DNA of 64,000 bases from Acidimicrobiales bacterium (GCA_964291305.2 OZ219784.1:103577-167576), one strand, 5' to 3'; positions 26,278 through 33,662 are shown, counted from the stretch's first letter. Notes: generated by a model not told the origin, from the sequence alone. Translations and numbers: made by a program.

Positions 26278-26958
26278 GTGCGCAGGTCGCGCTTCCCCCC
26301 CCCCGGTGACCTCAAGAGGCTGCCCACGCTGAGGCGCTACGGCGGGCTGGGGGTTCCCAACGCTCTTGCGTGTAGGGCTGGGCGTTTCAACTCCGACATC
26401 GAACTGCCTTACAGTCTCCGTCACGTTGACTTCCGGGCGACGTTGGAAGACGTTTACGACTTGTTCTGCGACGTGAACACGCTGCTAGTTGGTAGGGGCC
26501 TCAAACGGTTAGCGGACATGGTGCGCCCGGCGATCCTTTCGGGAGTTGTGTCGGAACTGGTCACAGCGAGCCTGGCGAAGCATTCGAGGAGTTTGGCGGT
26601 CAACAGTTATCACAACGGCCATCCTGATCTAGTCCTGAGCGGCCAATACCCCGACGATGCCGCGAGGGCCGGCTCCGAAGGCGTCGAAATCAAGTCAACG
26701 GTGAACCCTCGAGGCGCGGTGGATACTCACGGGGCACGCCCGCAGTGGTTGTGTGTCTTCGTTTACGAGATCGACACGAAAACCGAACCGGTGACGGAGC
26801 GGGTGCCTCTGCGTTTCACCGCGATCTATCTAGCTCCGGTCACCAACGCTGATTTCCGCAGCAACCCTCGCGCGACTTCGCTCGGCACACGTACCGCGAG
26901 TCTTCATAAAGACGGGCTGAAGAAGTTGCGCGATAACTGGGTCTACCTCGACTCGTAG
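26278..26958 (+). CDS. PD-(D/E)XK Type II restriction endonuclease candidate
   Basis: 226-aa maximal ORF with a canonical nuclease core: NGHPDLVL then 19 residues then EGVEIKST. It converges tail-to-tail with an MTase (16-bp overlap). The true start is uncertain: GTG 26278, or as late as TTG 26443. Confidence 0.6.
   Translation: MRRSRFPPPGDLKRLPTLRRYGGLGVPNALACRAGRFNSDIELPYSLRHVDFRATLEDVYDLFCDVNTLLVGRGLKRLADMVRPAILSGVVSELVTASLAKHSRSLAVNSYHNGHPDLVLSGQYPDDAARAGSEGVEIKSTVNPRGAVDTHGARPQWLCVFVYEIDTKTEPVTERVPLRFTAIYLAPVTNADFRSNPRATSLGTRTASLHKDGLKKLRDNWVYLDS
26295..26304 (+). repeat. Homopolymeric C10 tract at the 5' end of the restriction endonuclease ORF
   Basis: 10 uninterrupted C, codons 6-9 of the longest ORF (FPPPG). 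Confidence 0.95.
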
Positions 26959-27860
26959 TCGCGTAGTTCGGGGATCGCCCGGGTGGCGAGTTGCGCGTAG
27001 GCAGGTTCGGATTCGACGCCGATGCTGGCATAGCCCAGGTGTTCGGCGGCGGCGAGCGTGGAGCCTGACCCGGCGAACGGGTCTAGTACGACGCCTTCAC
27101 CGAGCGGCAGAATGGCCCGCACAACTTGGCGCAGAAACGCTTGCGGTTTGAGGCTCGGGTGGGGGGCGATTCTCTTCTCGGCTGGACGCGTGGGCGACGA
27201 CTCGATCACGTCCATAAACGGTTTATCGTCAGAGATGCGCCGCAGCCCTCCGGTTCCCCAGGTTCGCAAGTTGTCCTGAACGCGACCCTGCAGCGGTTTG
27301 CGGAACAGCAGCCAGGGCTCCCAGCTAGAACGCGGCATAACGGTTACCTCTGGGAACTCCTCGTGCGCGTTCTTCGGCCGGTCTCCGCCGCGCATCGTCA
27401 TAACCAGGCGTACTACTTCGCCGCGCCGCTCAAGACCCCCAGCGGCTAACGCCCCGGAGACGATGTACGAAAACAGCGGATTAGACGCCACCAACACGTG
27501 AGCCCCCGGCACGAGCACCGGCATCAGCGCGCCAGCCCAAGACGAAAAGAAACAACGAAGACGACCTAGATCATCGTCGGTCAGCACGGTAAACCTAGGC
27601 AGCGGCGACCGTGCAGCACCGTCGAAAGCGGGAGGCAACCGCCACACACCGCCGCGGCCCTGGCGGAGCTTGCGCTGCTGCAGCGGCGCATATTCCACAA
27701 GCCCGTAAGGGGGATCCGTCACCACGCCGTGAACCGAGTTCGCCGGCTGAGCCTCGAGCCACTCCAAACAGTCCCCAACAAACAACGCCGAACGGCCCAC
27801 CGACACGAACGGCACCCAACCCGCATCAACGACCGCGCTAACGGAGTCGGTAGACACCAC
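26943..27860 (-). CDS. Site-specific DNA methyltransferase, beta-class N6-adenine/N4-cytosine (PF01555-type)
   Basis: 305-aa ORF. Motif IV VVTDPPYGL precedes motif I VLDPFAGSGSTLAAAEHLGY. An alternative GTG start near 27815 would remove the overlap with the upstream gene. Confidence 0.85.
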   Translation of the reverse strand: MVSTDSVSAVVDAGWVPFVSVGRSALFVGDCLEWLEAQPANSVHGVVTDPPYGLVEYAPLQQRKLRQGRGGVWRLPPAFDGAARSPLPRFTVLTDDDLGRLRCFFSSWAGALMPVLVPGAHVLVASNPLFSYIVSGALAAGGLERRGEVVRLVMTMRGGDRPKNAHEEFPEVTVMPRSSWEPWLLFRKPLQGRVQDNLRTWGTGGLRRISDDKPFMDVIESSPTRPAEKRIAPHPSLKPQAFLRQVVRAILPLGEGVVLDPFAGSGSTLAAAEHLGYASIGVESEPAYAQLATRAIPELRDYESR

Positions 27861-28059
27861 GCCGCACCCTCACAAACCGCCCACCTCGGCCCGCATTCAG
27901 ATTCAGATAACTACGAACCGACGAAGCCGCAACACCGCCGCCCAAACGAGCCTCAACCGACAGGTGAATCTCCTTCAGAGAAAGAGGCCCAACACCAGCA
28001 GCCAGCGCCCGCTCAACAGCGTCGCGAACCTCGCCGGGCCGCCGCCGAGAAACACCCAC
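27838..28059 (-). CDS. Small HARE-HTH-like winged-helix protein (possible R-M controller or specificity accessory)
   Basis: 73 aa with GTG start. GPLSLKEIHLSVEARL...SSVRSYLNLNAGRGGRFVRVRRGVYRLR fits the HARE-HTH pattern ending in F.RV.RG.Y.L. It sits first in the operon with the MTase, overlapping it by 23 nt. Confidence 0.55.
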   Translation of the reverse strand: MGVSRRRPGEVRDAVERALAAGVGPLSLKEIHLSVEARLGGGVAASSVRSYLNLNAGRGGRFVRVRRGVYRLR

Positions 28060-28065
28060 AAAACC

Positions 28066-28087
28066 TATAATAGACGTCCAGACGTCA
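28066..28087 (-). promoter_or_regulatory. Candidate leaderless promoter/operator: TATTAT box plus two adjacent GACGTC palindromes
   Basis: The minus strand reads ttGACGTCtgGACGTCtattataggttttGTG. The TATTAT box ends 7 nt before the GTG start at 28059. The two GACGTC palindromes are 8 nt centre to centre. Confidence 0.3.
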
Positions 28088-28167
28088 ACACACGTGGATA
28101 ATCGAATCTACCGACTTCAACACGCTCCGGACCAACGATGCACCAGGCTCTCCCCCGCCGGTGTGGG

Positions 28168-29187
28168 CTAGGTGAAGCTGCGGGTTTGGCCGGTGCGCAC
28201 GTCGAGAGTAACGAGGCGGGCGCGGTGCTTCCGCCACTTCTCGGAGTAGTACCGGATCACCTCGCGGTCTTCGCCGAGCGCGTCGAGCAGGGCGGCGTCG
28301 AGCATGTCCAACATTTCGACAGCCGCGGTGACGTAGCTCTCGGCTTGACAGGCCGCCGCGTCTAGCAGCTCTATGTCTTCGCTGGCGTACCAGCCCTCTT
28401 CGTCCCACTCGAACCAGCCCGCCATAGCGGCCAGATCGATGTTCAGCTCGTCGAGCTTGTCGGCGACTGTCGAACGCAAATCAGGTGGTAGCAGGTTGAC
28501 GCAGTTGGTTATGTCGTGGCACTGGCCCCGCCACGCGTTCTTGTCAGTGGTGTGAGCGCCGTGGAGCACGGCCAACGTTTCCACCGCCCGGTCGAACGCG
28601 ATAGCAGCTGCGGCGCACACATCAACCAGCCGCCCCGGGGCGGGCTCGTTTCTTGGCCCGTAGTTAGTTTCCCCGGACTCGGTGCGGTCAGCCCAGAGAT
28701 CCTCGGCGTTCAAATGGAACTCCAAGCGGTTGACCCCGAAAATAAGCAACATCCGCCAGTAGCCGAACGCCTGGCCGGCGTTGCTGGTAGCGCGTTGCAT
28801 CTTCTTGTTCCAGCGGACTTCGCCACGCCGGCCTGAGTCGGCGACAGTGACAGTGCCCAGAGCGTTGATGCGATGCTCGAACGATGTGGAAACCTGCTCG
28901 ACGCGGGTTTTCCACTCAGGGCGGTCAGTGGGGAACACCTGCACACGCCAACGCTCGGCGACCGCGCCGGCAGCCGCTTCCTCTAGTCGCTTCTTCAGCT
29001 TGTACCGCTCGTCGTAGTCGATATCCGCGAACACCGCCACCAGGTCAATGTCGCTCTTAGCCGTAGCCTCGCCACGGGCGACCGACCCGTACAGCAACAC
29101 CTCCTCCGCCCCCTCAGCCAACAACACCCCCGCTGCCCGCCGAGCGTCAGCTACCGTCGGAACAACCCCAGCAGAGACATCACGCAT
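28168..29187 (-). CDS. Nucleotidyltransferase (Pol-beta/MNT superfamily) fused to a ~230-aa helical C-terminal domain (HEPN/KNTase-C-like?)
   Basis: 339 aa with NTase signature LLYGSVARGEATAKSDIDLVAV (GSx10-SDxDL). The C-terminal part is helical, and its only near-HEPN string is WRGQCHD (Rx3H, not the canonical Rx4-6H). Confidence 0.65.
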   Translation of the reverse strand: MRDVSAGVVPTVADARRAAGVLLAEGAEEVLLYGSVARGEATAKSDIDLVAVFADIDYDERYKLKKRLEEAAAGAVAERWRVQVFPTDRPEWKTRVEQVSTSFEHRINALGTVTVADSGRRGEVRWNKKMQRATSNAGQAFGYWRMLLIFGVNRLEFHLNAEDLWADRTESGETNYGPRNEPAPGRLVDVCAAAAIAFDRAVETLAVLHGAHTTDKNAWRGQCHDITNCVNLLPPDLRSTVADKLDELNIDLAAMAGWFEWDEEGWYASEDIELLDAAACQAESYVTAAVEMLDMLDAALLDALGEDREVIRYYSEKWRKHRARLVTLDVRTGQTRSFT

Positions 29188-29261
29188 AATTCAAAATACC
29201 CTCGGGGGGCAAGCATCGAGCCGGCCACATGGACCAACCGTCTTCAGTGTTACAACAAGCC

Positions 29262-29445
29262 GCCGCGGAGTTGCTCACAACCCACAACTCCGCAGGGAGT
29301 AGGCGCTGCTAGAGATGGCCCACCAGGCTTATGGGCAGGCTGCGTTCACAACCCACGACTCCGTAGGAGGCAGGCGCTAGCCCATAGGTGGTCGCGCTGT
29401 GCCTAGACCGCGGAGCTGCTCACAGTCCACAACTCCGCAGGCATA
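29262..29445 (+). repeat. Three ~72-bp tandem units, each carrying a hairpin-forming ~30-nt element
   Basis: gcggagttg-ctcacaaccca-caactccgc at 29265-29293 forms a perfect 9-bp stem. A degenerate copy lies at ~29339-29367. gcggagctg-ctcacagtcca-caactccgc lies at 29410-29438. Inter-hairpin segments share aggcgct(g)ctag. Confidence 0.8.
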
Positions 29446-29497
29446 GGGGAAAGAGGAGGCCACTGCCGAGTTCCGGGTCGGCGTGGTGTGATTTGTT

Positions 29498-31237
29498 TCA
29501 GCGTCGTAGGGGCGGATTCACAGCCGGCGGTTTGATGGTGTTGTTGATGTTGAACCTCGCCGCGAACCCGTGGGTGCAGGCAGTCCAAGCACCGCGCCGT
29601 ACAGGTGGGGTATTGCCAAGCTGGTCGGGGTGTTGGAGCGTGAACCTGCCGTCGGCGTCTCGGACTACTTCGGCGCCTCTGGTGTGAACCAAATGGTGGT
29701 GGCAGTAGCTGCAGAGCAGGCAGAGGTTGTCGAGGTCGGTTTTGCCTCCGTGCTCCCAGTGGGTGATGTGGTGTGCTTGGCACCAGTTAGCCGAAGCCCC
29801 GCAACCCACGCAACCCTTATCCCGCACAGCCAACACCGCGCGCTGGCGGCTAGAAGCGTGGCGTTTACCCCGGCCGAGCCACAAAGGCTCGCTCTTACCC
29901 TTAAACACAGCCGGCAAGATTCTCGCGTCACACGCCAAACCGAGAAGCTCCTCAACCGACAGCGGGGTGCCATCAGAGAGGCGGGCGTCACGTAGTTGGC
30001 CCGCAATGGTGTCGTAGTCGGCGACCACCAACAGGTCCACACCCTGAGCCTTGCCCGCAGACTTACCAGCCTTGCCGGTTCCGCCGCTGTTGGTGACGAG
30101 CTGTTCGAGCACGTCGGCCATGCGCTGACCCGAAGAAAGCCGACGTTTAGCATCCTCAGCGTGGAACAGCCGGTTAGCCGTAGCAGTGAGAGCGGTCTCG
30201 ATGCGACTACCAGCCACCGGATCGAACCGGCCCATTAGGGAGAACATCCCATCGGGTTCCTGCTTGATATTCAAATAGCGCCGCTCCCGCTGACGCGCCC
30301 GCCGCTCCCCAAGATCACCCCGAGTCTGCTCGTTCACAAAATCGCGGACAGTGCGGCTGAACCGATCCTCGGACTCCCGCCCCGCAGCATCCAACAACCC
30401 AGCCTCACCACCCGGATCACCAGATGGGGTTTGTTCTACGGCTTCGGCGATCATCTTGGCTTGCTTCGCAGTGATAGCCCCAGAGCGCAAAGCCTCAGCA
30501 GTCCCAGGCGCCCGGCCCAACTGCTCGGCCAACTTCACGTCCTGCTTAGCCCGACCGCGTGACTGCCTCAAACCGTCACGCAACACATCAACCGCGTGGC
30601 CCTCACCCCGACGGCGGGCCAACTCGCCCACCATCTCAGCCTTCACCGCAGCCAACCGAGACTCACACCTGCCGACCAACACCAACCGAGCCTCCAACTC
30701 CCCATCAGCCAAACCCCCAACCAACAAATCCGAGGAAAACAAACCAACCAAACCCTCAACATCAAACCCCGCGCCAAGACCGGACACGCCAGCCGACCTA
30801 GAGGACCCAGTAGCGGCACCAGAGGCCCCACCAGCAGAAGTGCCATTGCGCCCAACAACAGATACTCGGTCAGCGGACCCAACAACGGCGGCAGCGGACC
30901 CGGCAGCACCGACGGCGCCGGCAGCCCCAACAGCGACGACCGCAGACTCATCAGCAGACCCAACAACGGCGGCAGCGGACCCGGCAGCACCGACGGCGCC
31001 GGCAGCCCCAACAGCGACGCCAACAGACCCAAAGACAGCAGCGCCGGCGGCCCCAACAGCAGCACCATCGGCCCCAATAGCGGTGGTGCCGTTATGCCCA
31101 GCAGCACCCCCGCCAGCGCGCCCAGCAGCAGCACCCCCGCCAGCGCGCCCAGCAGCAGCGTCGTTCAGCTCGGCAGCGCCGTCGGGCTCAGCAGCAACCC
31201 CAACAGCCGAGTCGTCGAACAGAGTCGCAATCGTCAT
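29498..31237 (-). CDS. DUF222 / REP13E12-family HNH endonuclease
   Basis: C-terminal HNH DKGCVGCGASANWCQAHHITHWEHGGKTDLDNLCLLCSYCHHHLVH. Probable start ATG 31237 (MTIATLFDD); the track ORF extends to 31420. The N-terminal third is A/G-rich repeats. Confidence 0.85.
   Translation of the reverse strand: MTIATLFDDSAVGVAAEPDGAAELNDAAAGRAGGGAAAGRAGGGAAGHNGTTAIGADGAAVGAAGAAVFGSVGVAVGAAGAVGAAGSAAAVVGSADESAVVAVGAAGAVGAAGSAAAVVGSADRVSVVGRNGTSAGGASGAATGSSRSAGVSGLGAGFDVEGLVGLFSSDLLVGGLADGELEARLVLVGRCESRLAAVKAEMVGELARRRGEGHAVDVLRDGLRQSRGRAKQDVKLAEQLGRAPGTAEALRSGAITAKQAKMIAEAVEQTPSGDPGGEAGLLDAAGRESEDRFSRTVRDFVNEQTRGDLGERRARQRERRYLNIKQEPDGMFSLMGRFDPVAGSRIETALTATANRLFHAEDAKRRLSSGQRMADVLEQLVTNSGGTGKAGKSAGKAQGVDLLVVADYDTIAGQLRDARLSDGTPLSVEELLGLACDARILPAVFKGKSEPLWLGRGKRHASSRQRAVLAVRDKGCVGCGASANWCQAHHITHWEHGGKTDLDNLCLLCSYCHHHLVHTRGAEVVRDADGRFTLQHPDQLGNTPPVRRGAWTACTHGFAARFNINNTIKPPAVNPPLRR
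30871..31019 (-). repeat. 81-bp in-frame tandem duplication inside the HNH gene (a 27-bp x2 repeat lies at ~31100-31156)
   Basis: A 68-bp block cagc(g/a)gacccaacaacggcggcagcggacccggcagcaccgacggcgccggcagccccaacagcgacg occurs at 30871-30938 and 30952-31019. It encodes AVGAAGAVGAAGSAAAVVGSAD twice. Confidence 0.85.
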
Positions 31238-31722
31238 CAGACACCCCCTCAAAACAGTGTGCACCGTTGGCTTCCGTTCGGCGGAGCCGACAAGCCGGAC
31301 AAACAACACCAACCCCGCAAACAGATCAGCGACCGGTACCAAGCAGTTTATCCAATCAACACAAAAACACAACGTCTGTATGTAATCTGAGGGAAATAAT
31401 TTTAAGCGACAGCCGCACAAAGACGGAAACGGTGTCGATCGCGCCGTCTAGTGCCTTCTCATCCCACCCCGCGGCAGGTGCTCTCACAGCACGGGGCGCT
31501 GGCACCCAACGCCCAAAGAAGCTGCTGGAACACTCACCGCCTGAGACTGCCGCTTGCGTCCTCTACGCAAAGTTCGACAGCACGCGCTACCGGCGCCCGG
31601 AACACTCACCGCCCGAGTTTGACGCTTGCGCCTAGGGCGAGATCGGCTTCGGCGGTGAGAACAACTACCCACGCAACCAGCGGGAACCGAAGCCGCTTGC
31701 GCCTAGTCCGAGATTAGCTGGC

Positions 31723-31905
31723 GGCGAGCGTTCGCCTTACTGATCAGCAGCGGTGCGCTGGTTGGGCATCGACCAGCTGGCCCGACGAGGCCCGGCGAGC
31801 GTTCGCCTTACTGATCAGCAGCGGTGCGCTGGTTGGGCATCGACCAGCTGGCCCGACGAGGCCTCGGCGAGCGTTCGCCTTACTTATCAGCAGCGGTGTG
31901 CTGTG
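31723..31905 (+). repeat. 71/72-bp tandem repeat, about 2.5 near-identical units; more degenerate 72-73-bp units upstream to ~31520
   Basis: The unit ggcgagcgttcgccttactgatcagcagcggtgcgctggttgggcatcgaccagctggcccgacgaggccc starts at 31723, 31794 and 31866. ggaacactcaccgcc also repeats at ~31525 and ~31598, and cgcttgcgcctag at ~31622 and ~31694. Confidence 0.9.
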
Positions 31906-32485
31906 GGGCCGCGGTGGTGCGGGGAGGGGCCATGAACGCCACGATTGCGGCGCCTAATACAGCGCCGCCGGTTGAAAGGGCTAGATCCAACACCGTGTCC
32001 TCGTATGTCAGGAAGAGGCGGCTAGTGCCGGTCTTGGCAACCACGTACTCCAAAAGTTCCCAGAGCACGATCAAGAAGGCGCCGAAACCTCCGCCGGCAG
32101 CTACCAGGCCGAACCGGGTGATAGGTCGGCTGCCACGCAGGATCATCGTGAACGCAACGGCTAGCAGCGACCAGTTGGCCAGGTGCAAGATGTCGTCGAA
32201 CAGGTCCACGCTCTCGTAGAGCCCCAGCATGTTGCCGCCTATGTCTAAGAAGAACGGTGCCACGATGCAGGCGTCGGCCACGGTGTAATAGGCAATCCGG
32301 CGCTTAGACCAGCGGTGCAACAACGGTGCCACGGCTATACACAGCGGAAAGGTGAGGGTCCGCGCCAGCCAGCCTTTGCCGTCCAGTCGCTCCAAGTCGG
32401 AAATCAAACCGCCCACGAGCATCGCCACCAGCCCCCAGCGCAACAAGTGCAGCACCAACCGCCCGAACCCGACTCTGCCCATCAC
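31880..32485 (-). CDS. Hypothetical polytopic membrane protein
   Basis: 201-aa ORF with about 5 hydrophobic helices (LVAMLVGGLISDL, FPLCIAVAPLL, LLAVAFTMIL, GFGAFLIVLWELL, GGAVLGAAIVAF). The last ~9 codons and the stop lie inside the third 71-bp repeat unit. Confidence 0.55.
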   Translation of the reverse strand: MMGRVGFGRLVLHLLRWGLVAMLVGGLISDLERLDGKGWLARTLTFPLCIAVAPLLHRWSKRRIAYYTVADACIVAPFFLDIGGNMLGLYESVDLFDDILHLANWSLLAVAFTMILRGSRPITRFGLVAAGGGFGAFLIVLWELLEYVVAKTGTSRLFLTYEDTVLDLALSTGGAVLGAAIVAFMAPPRTTAAPQHTAADK

Positions 32486-32638
32486 TAACTCTGTCTAGTC
32501 GTGGGGCAGCAACTCGGCACATCAAGCCGAGACCGGCAGTTGGATGGACAACGCGCCTAACGTTGGGGGTTGCGGTCGATAGATGTGCTCAAATCGTCGG
32601 GCCGTCGCCGAGGACACAAACACCGGAGGTGAGCAGTT

Positions 32639-33619
32639 GTGCTGGAAACCGCACTGAGGCACTACTGGCACCCGGTGGCGCTCGCCAGCGAAGTAACCAG
32701 CCAGCCACAGCAAGTGCGGCTCCTAGGCCAGTCGATAGTGCTATACCGCGATGCCGAGGGCGTGATTGCCTTAGCCGACCGCTGCGTCCACCGAGGAGTG
32801 GCCCTCTCGGGAGGGTGCATCCGCAACGGCGAACTCATGTGCCCCTACCACGGCTGGCAATACGACCGCAACGGCAAAGTGACATACATCCCCGCGCTCG
32901 GCCCCGACGGCAACATCCCCAGCCAAGCCCGAGTAAAGCGCTACCAAGTGCGCGAACAATACGACGCCATCTGGCTAACACTCGAAGACCCAGCAGCCGA
33001 CCCGCCCCCCTGGCCCGACAACGACTGGGACAACCCAGACTGGCGCGTATTCCAAGTAGGGAAGTGGCACTGGCAAACCTCCGCCGGCCGGATGGTGGAG
33101 AACGCCCTGGACTTCGCCCACTTCAACTTCGTGCACGCAGGGTTCACCGAGCTGGCCGACGGGCCATTCATCAAGCCCTACGACGTGACAATCACAGACG
33201 ACGGCATGAGCTACGCCTACAACGACAGCGTGCTAGTGCGGGACTACCGACTGCACCTGCCCTTCACCTTGCACGACCGCAAGTCGGTGATGGCGGCCAC
33301 CGGCGGGGTCACTTGGTCGGAGCGGGGCGACTCTAAGACTGGCGATGTCACCACCATCACTTCGGTGGCGTCCCCCACCGACCGGGAAGAGGTGATGATC
33401 GTCGTGTACCTATCCCGCAATCACTCCCTAGATATACCCGATGAGGACTTTGCGGTCGGTTTCGATGAGATCATGAAGCAAGATCGAGCAGTGGTGGAAG
33501 CCCAGGACCCCGCCGAGCTTCCCCTAGACCCGCGAGAGGAACTACACCTCAAAGTGGCCGACGGCGCCTCAATCATTTACCGCCGGCTGCTGCGAGAACT
33601 AGCAGCCCAGCACACCTAA
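32639..33619 (+). CDS. Rieske [2Fe-2S] non-haem iron oxygenase alpha-type subunit (VanA/PaO-like)
   Basis: 326 aa with Rieske motif CVHRG..17 residues..CPYHGW. Confidence 0.85.
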   Translation: MLETALRHYWHPVALASEVTSQPQQVRLLGQSIVLYRDAEGVIALADRCVHRGVALSGGCIRNGELMCPYHGWQYDRNGKVTYIPALGPDGNIPSQARVKRYQVREQYDAIWLTLEDPAADPPPWPDNDWDNPDWRVFQVGKWHWQTSAGRMVENALDFAHFNFVHAGFTELADGPFIKPYDVTITDDGMSYAYNDSVLVRDYRLHLPFTLHDRKSVMAATGGVTWSERGDSKTGDVTTITSVASPTDREEVMIVVYLSRNHSLDIPDEDFAVGFDEIMKQDRAVVEAQDPAELPLDPREELHLKVADGASIIYRRLLRELAAQHT

Positions 33620-33662
33620 CTGCCAGACCCCCTCCGGAAGAACCACTGCCGCGGCCCGAGAG

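Noticed and set aside
30351-31390. Long plus-strand ORFs 30351..31385 (344 aa) and 30596..31390 (264 aa)
   Set aside because: They are antisense to the DUF222 HNH gene, and their Pro/Ala/Thr-rich translations are generated by the A/G-rich repeats. No motif was found.
31238-31420. 61-codon N-terminal extension of the HNH ORF (to 31420)
   Set aside because: It is Cys/Leu-rich, in AT-rich DNA that looks like promoter sequence. Family-like sequence begins at MTIATLFDD (ATG 31237).
26079-31905. CRISPR arrays: repeat sets at 26079-26257, 29262-29445 and 31723-31905, with a 70-72-bp period
   Set aside because: There are only 2-3 units each. The inter-repeat segments are themselves similar between units at 29.3 kb, and whole units are near-identical at 31.8 kb. 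Repeats diverge within an array and no cas gene is in the window. I called them tandem repeats, and flagged only the 26.1-kb set as geometrically CRISPR-like.
18262-32520. Calling the island a defined mobile element (prophage, ICE or transposon)
   Set aside because: No integrase, transposase, tRNA target or convincing flanking direct repeats were found. Only the compositional and synteny arguments hold.
32563-33336. ORF 32563..33336 (257 aa, plus strand)
   Set aside because: It is an alternative frame of the Rieske oxygenase gene, with an Arg/Pro-rich, motif-free translation.
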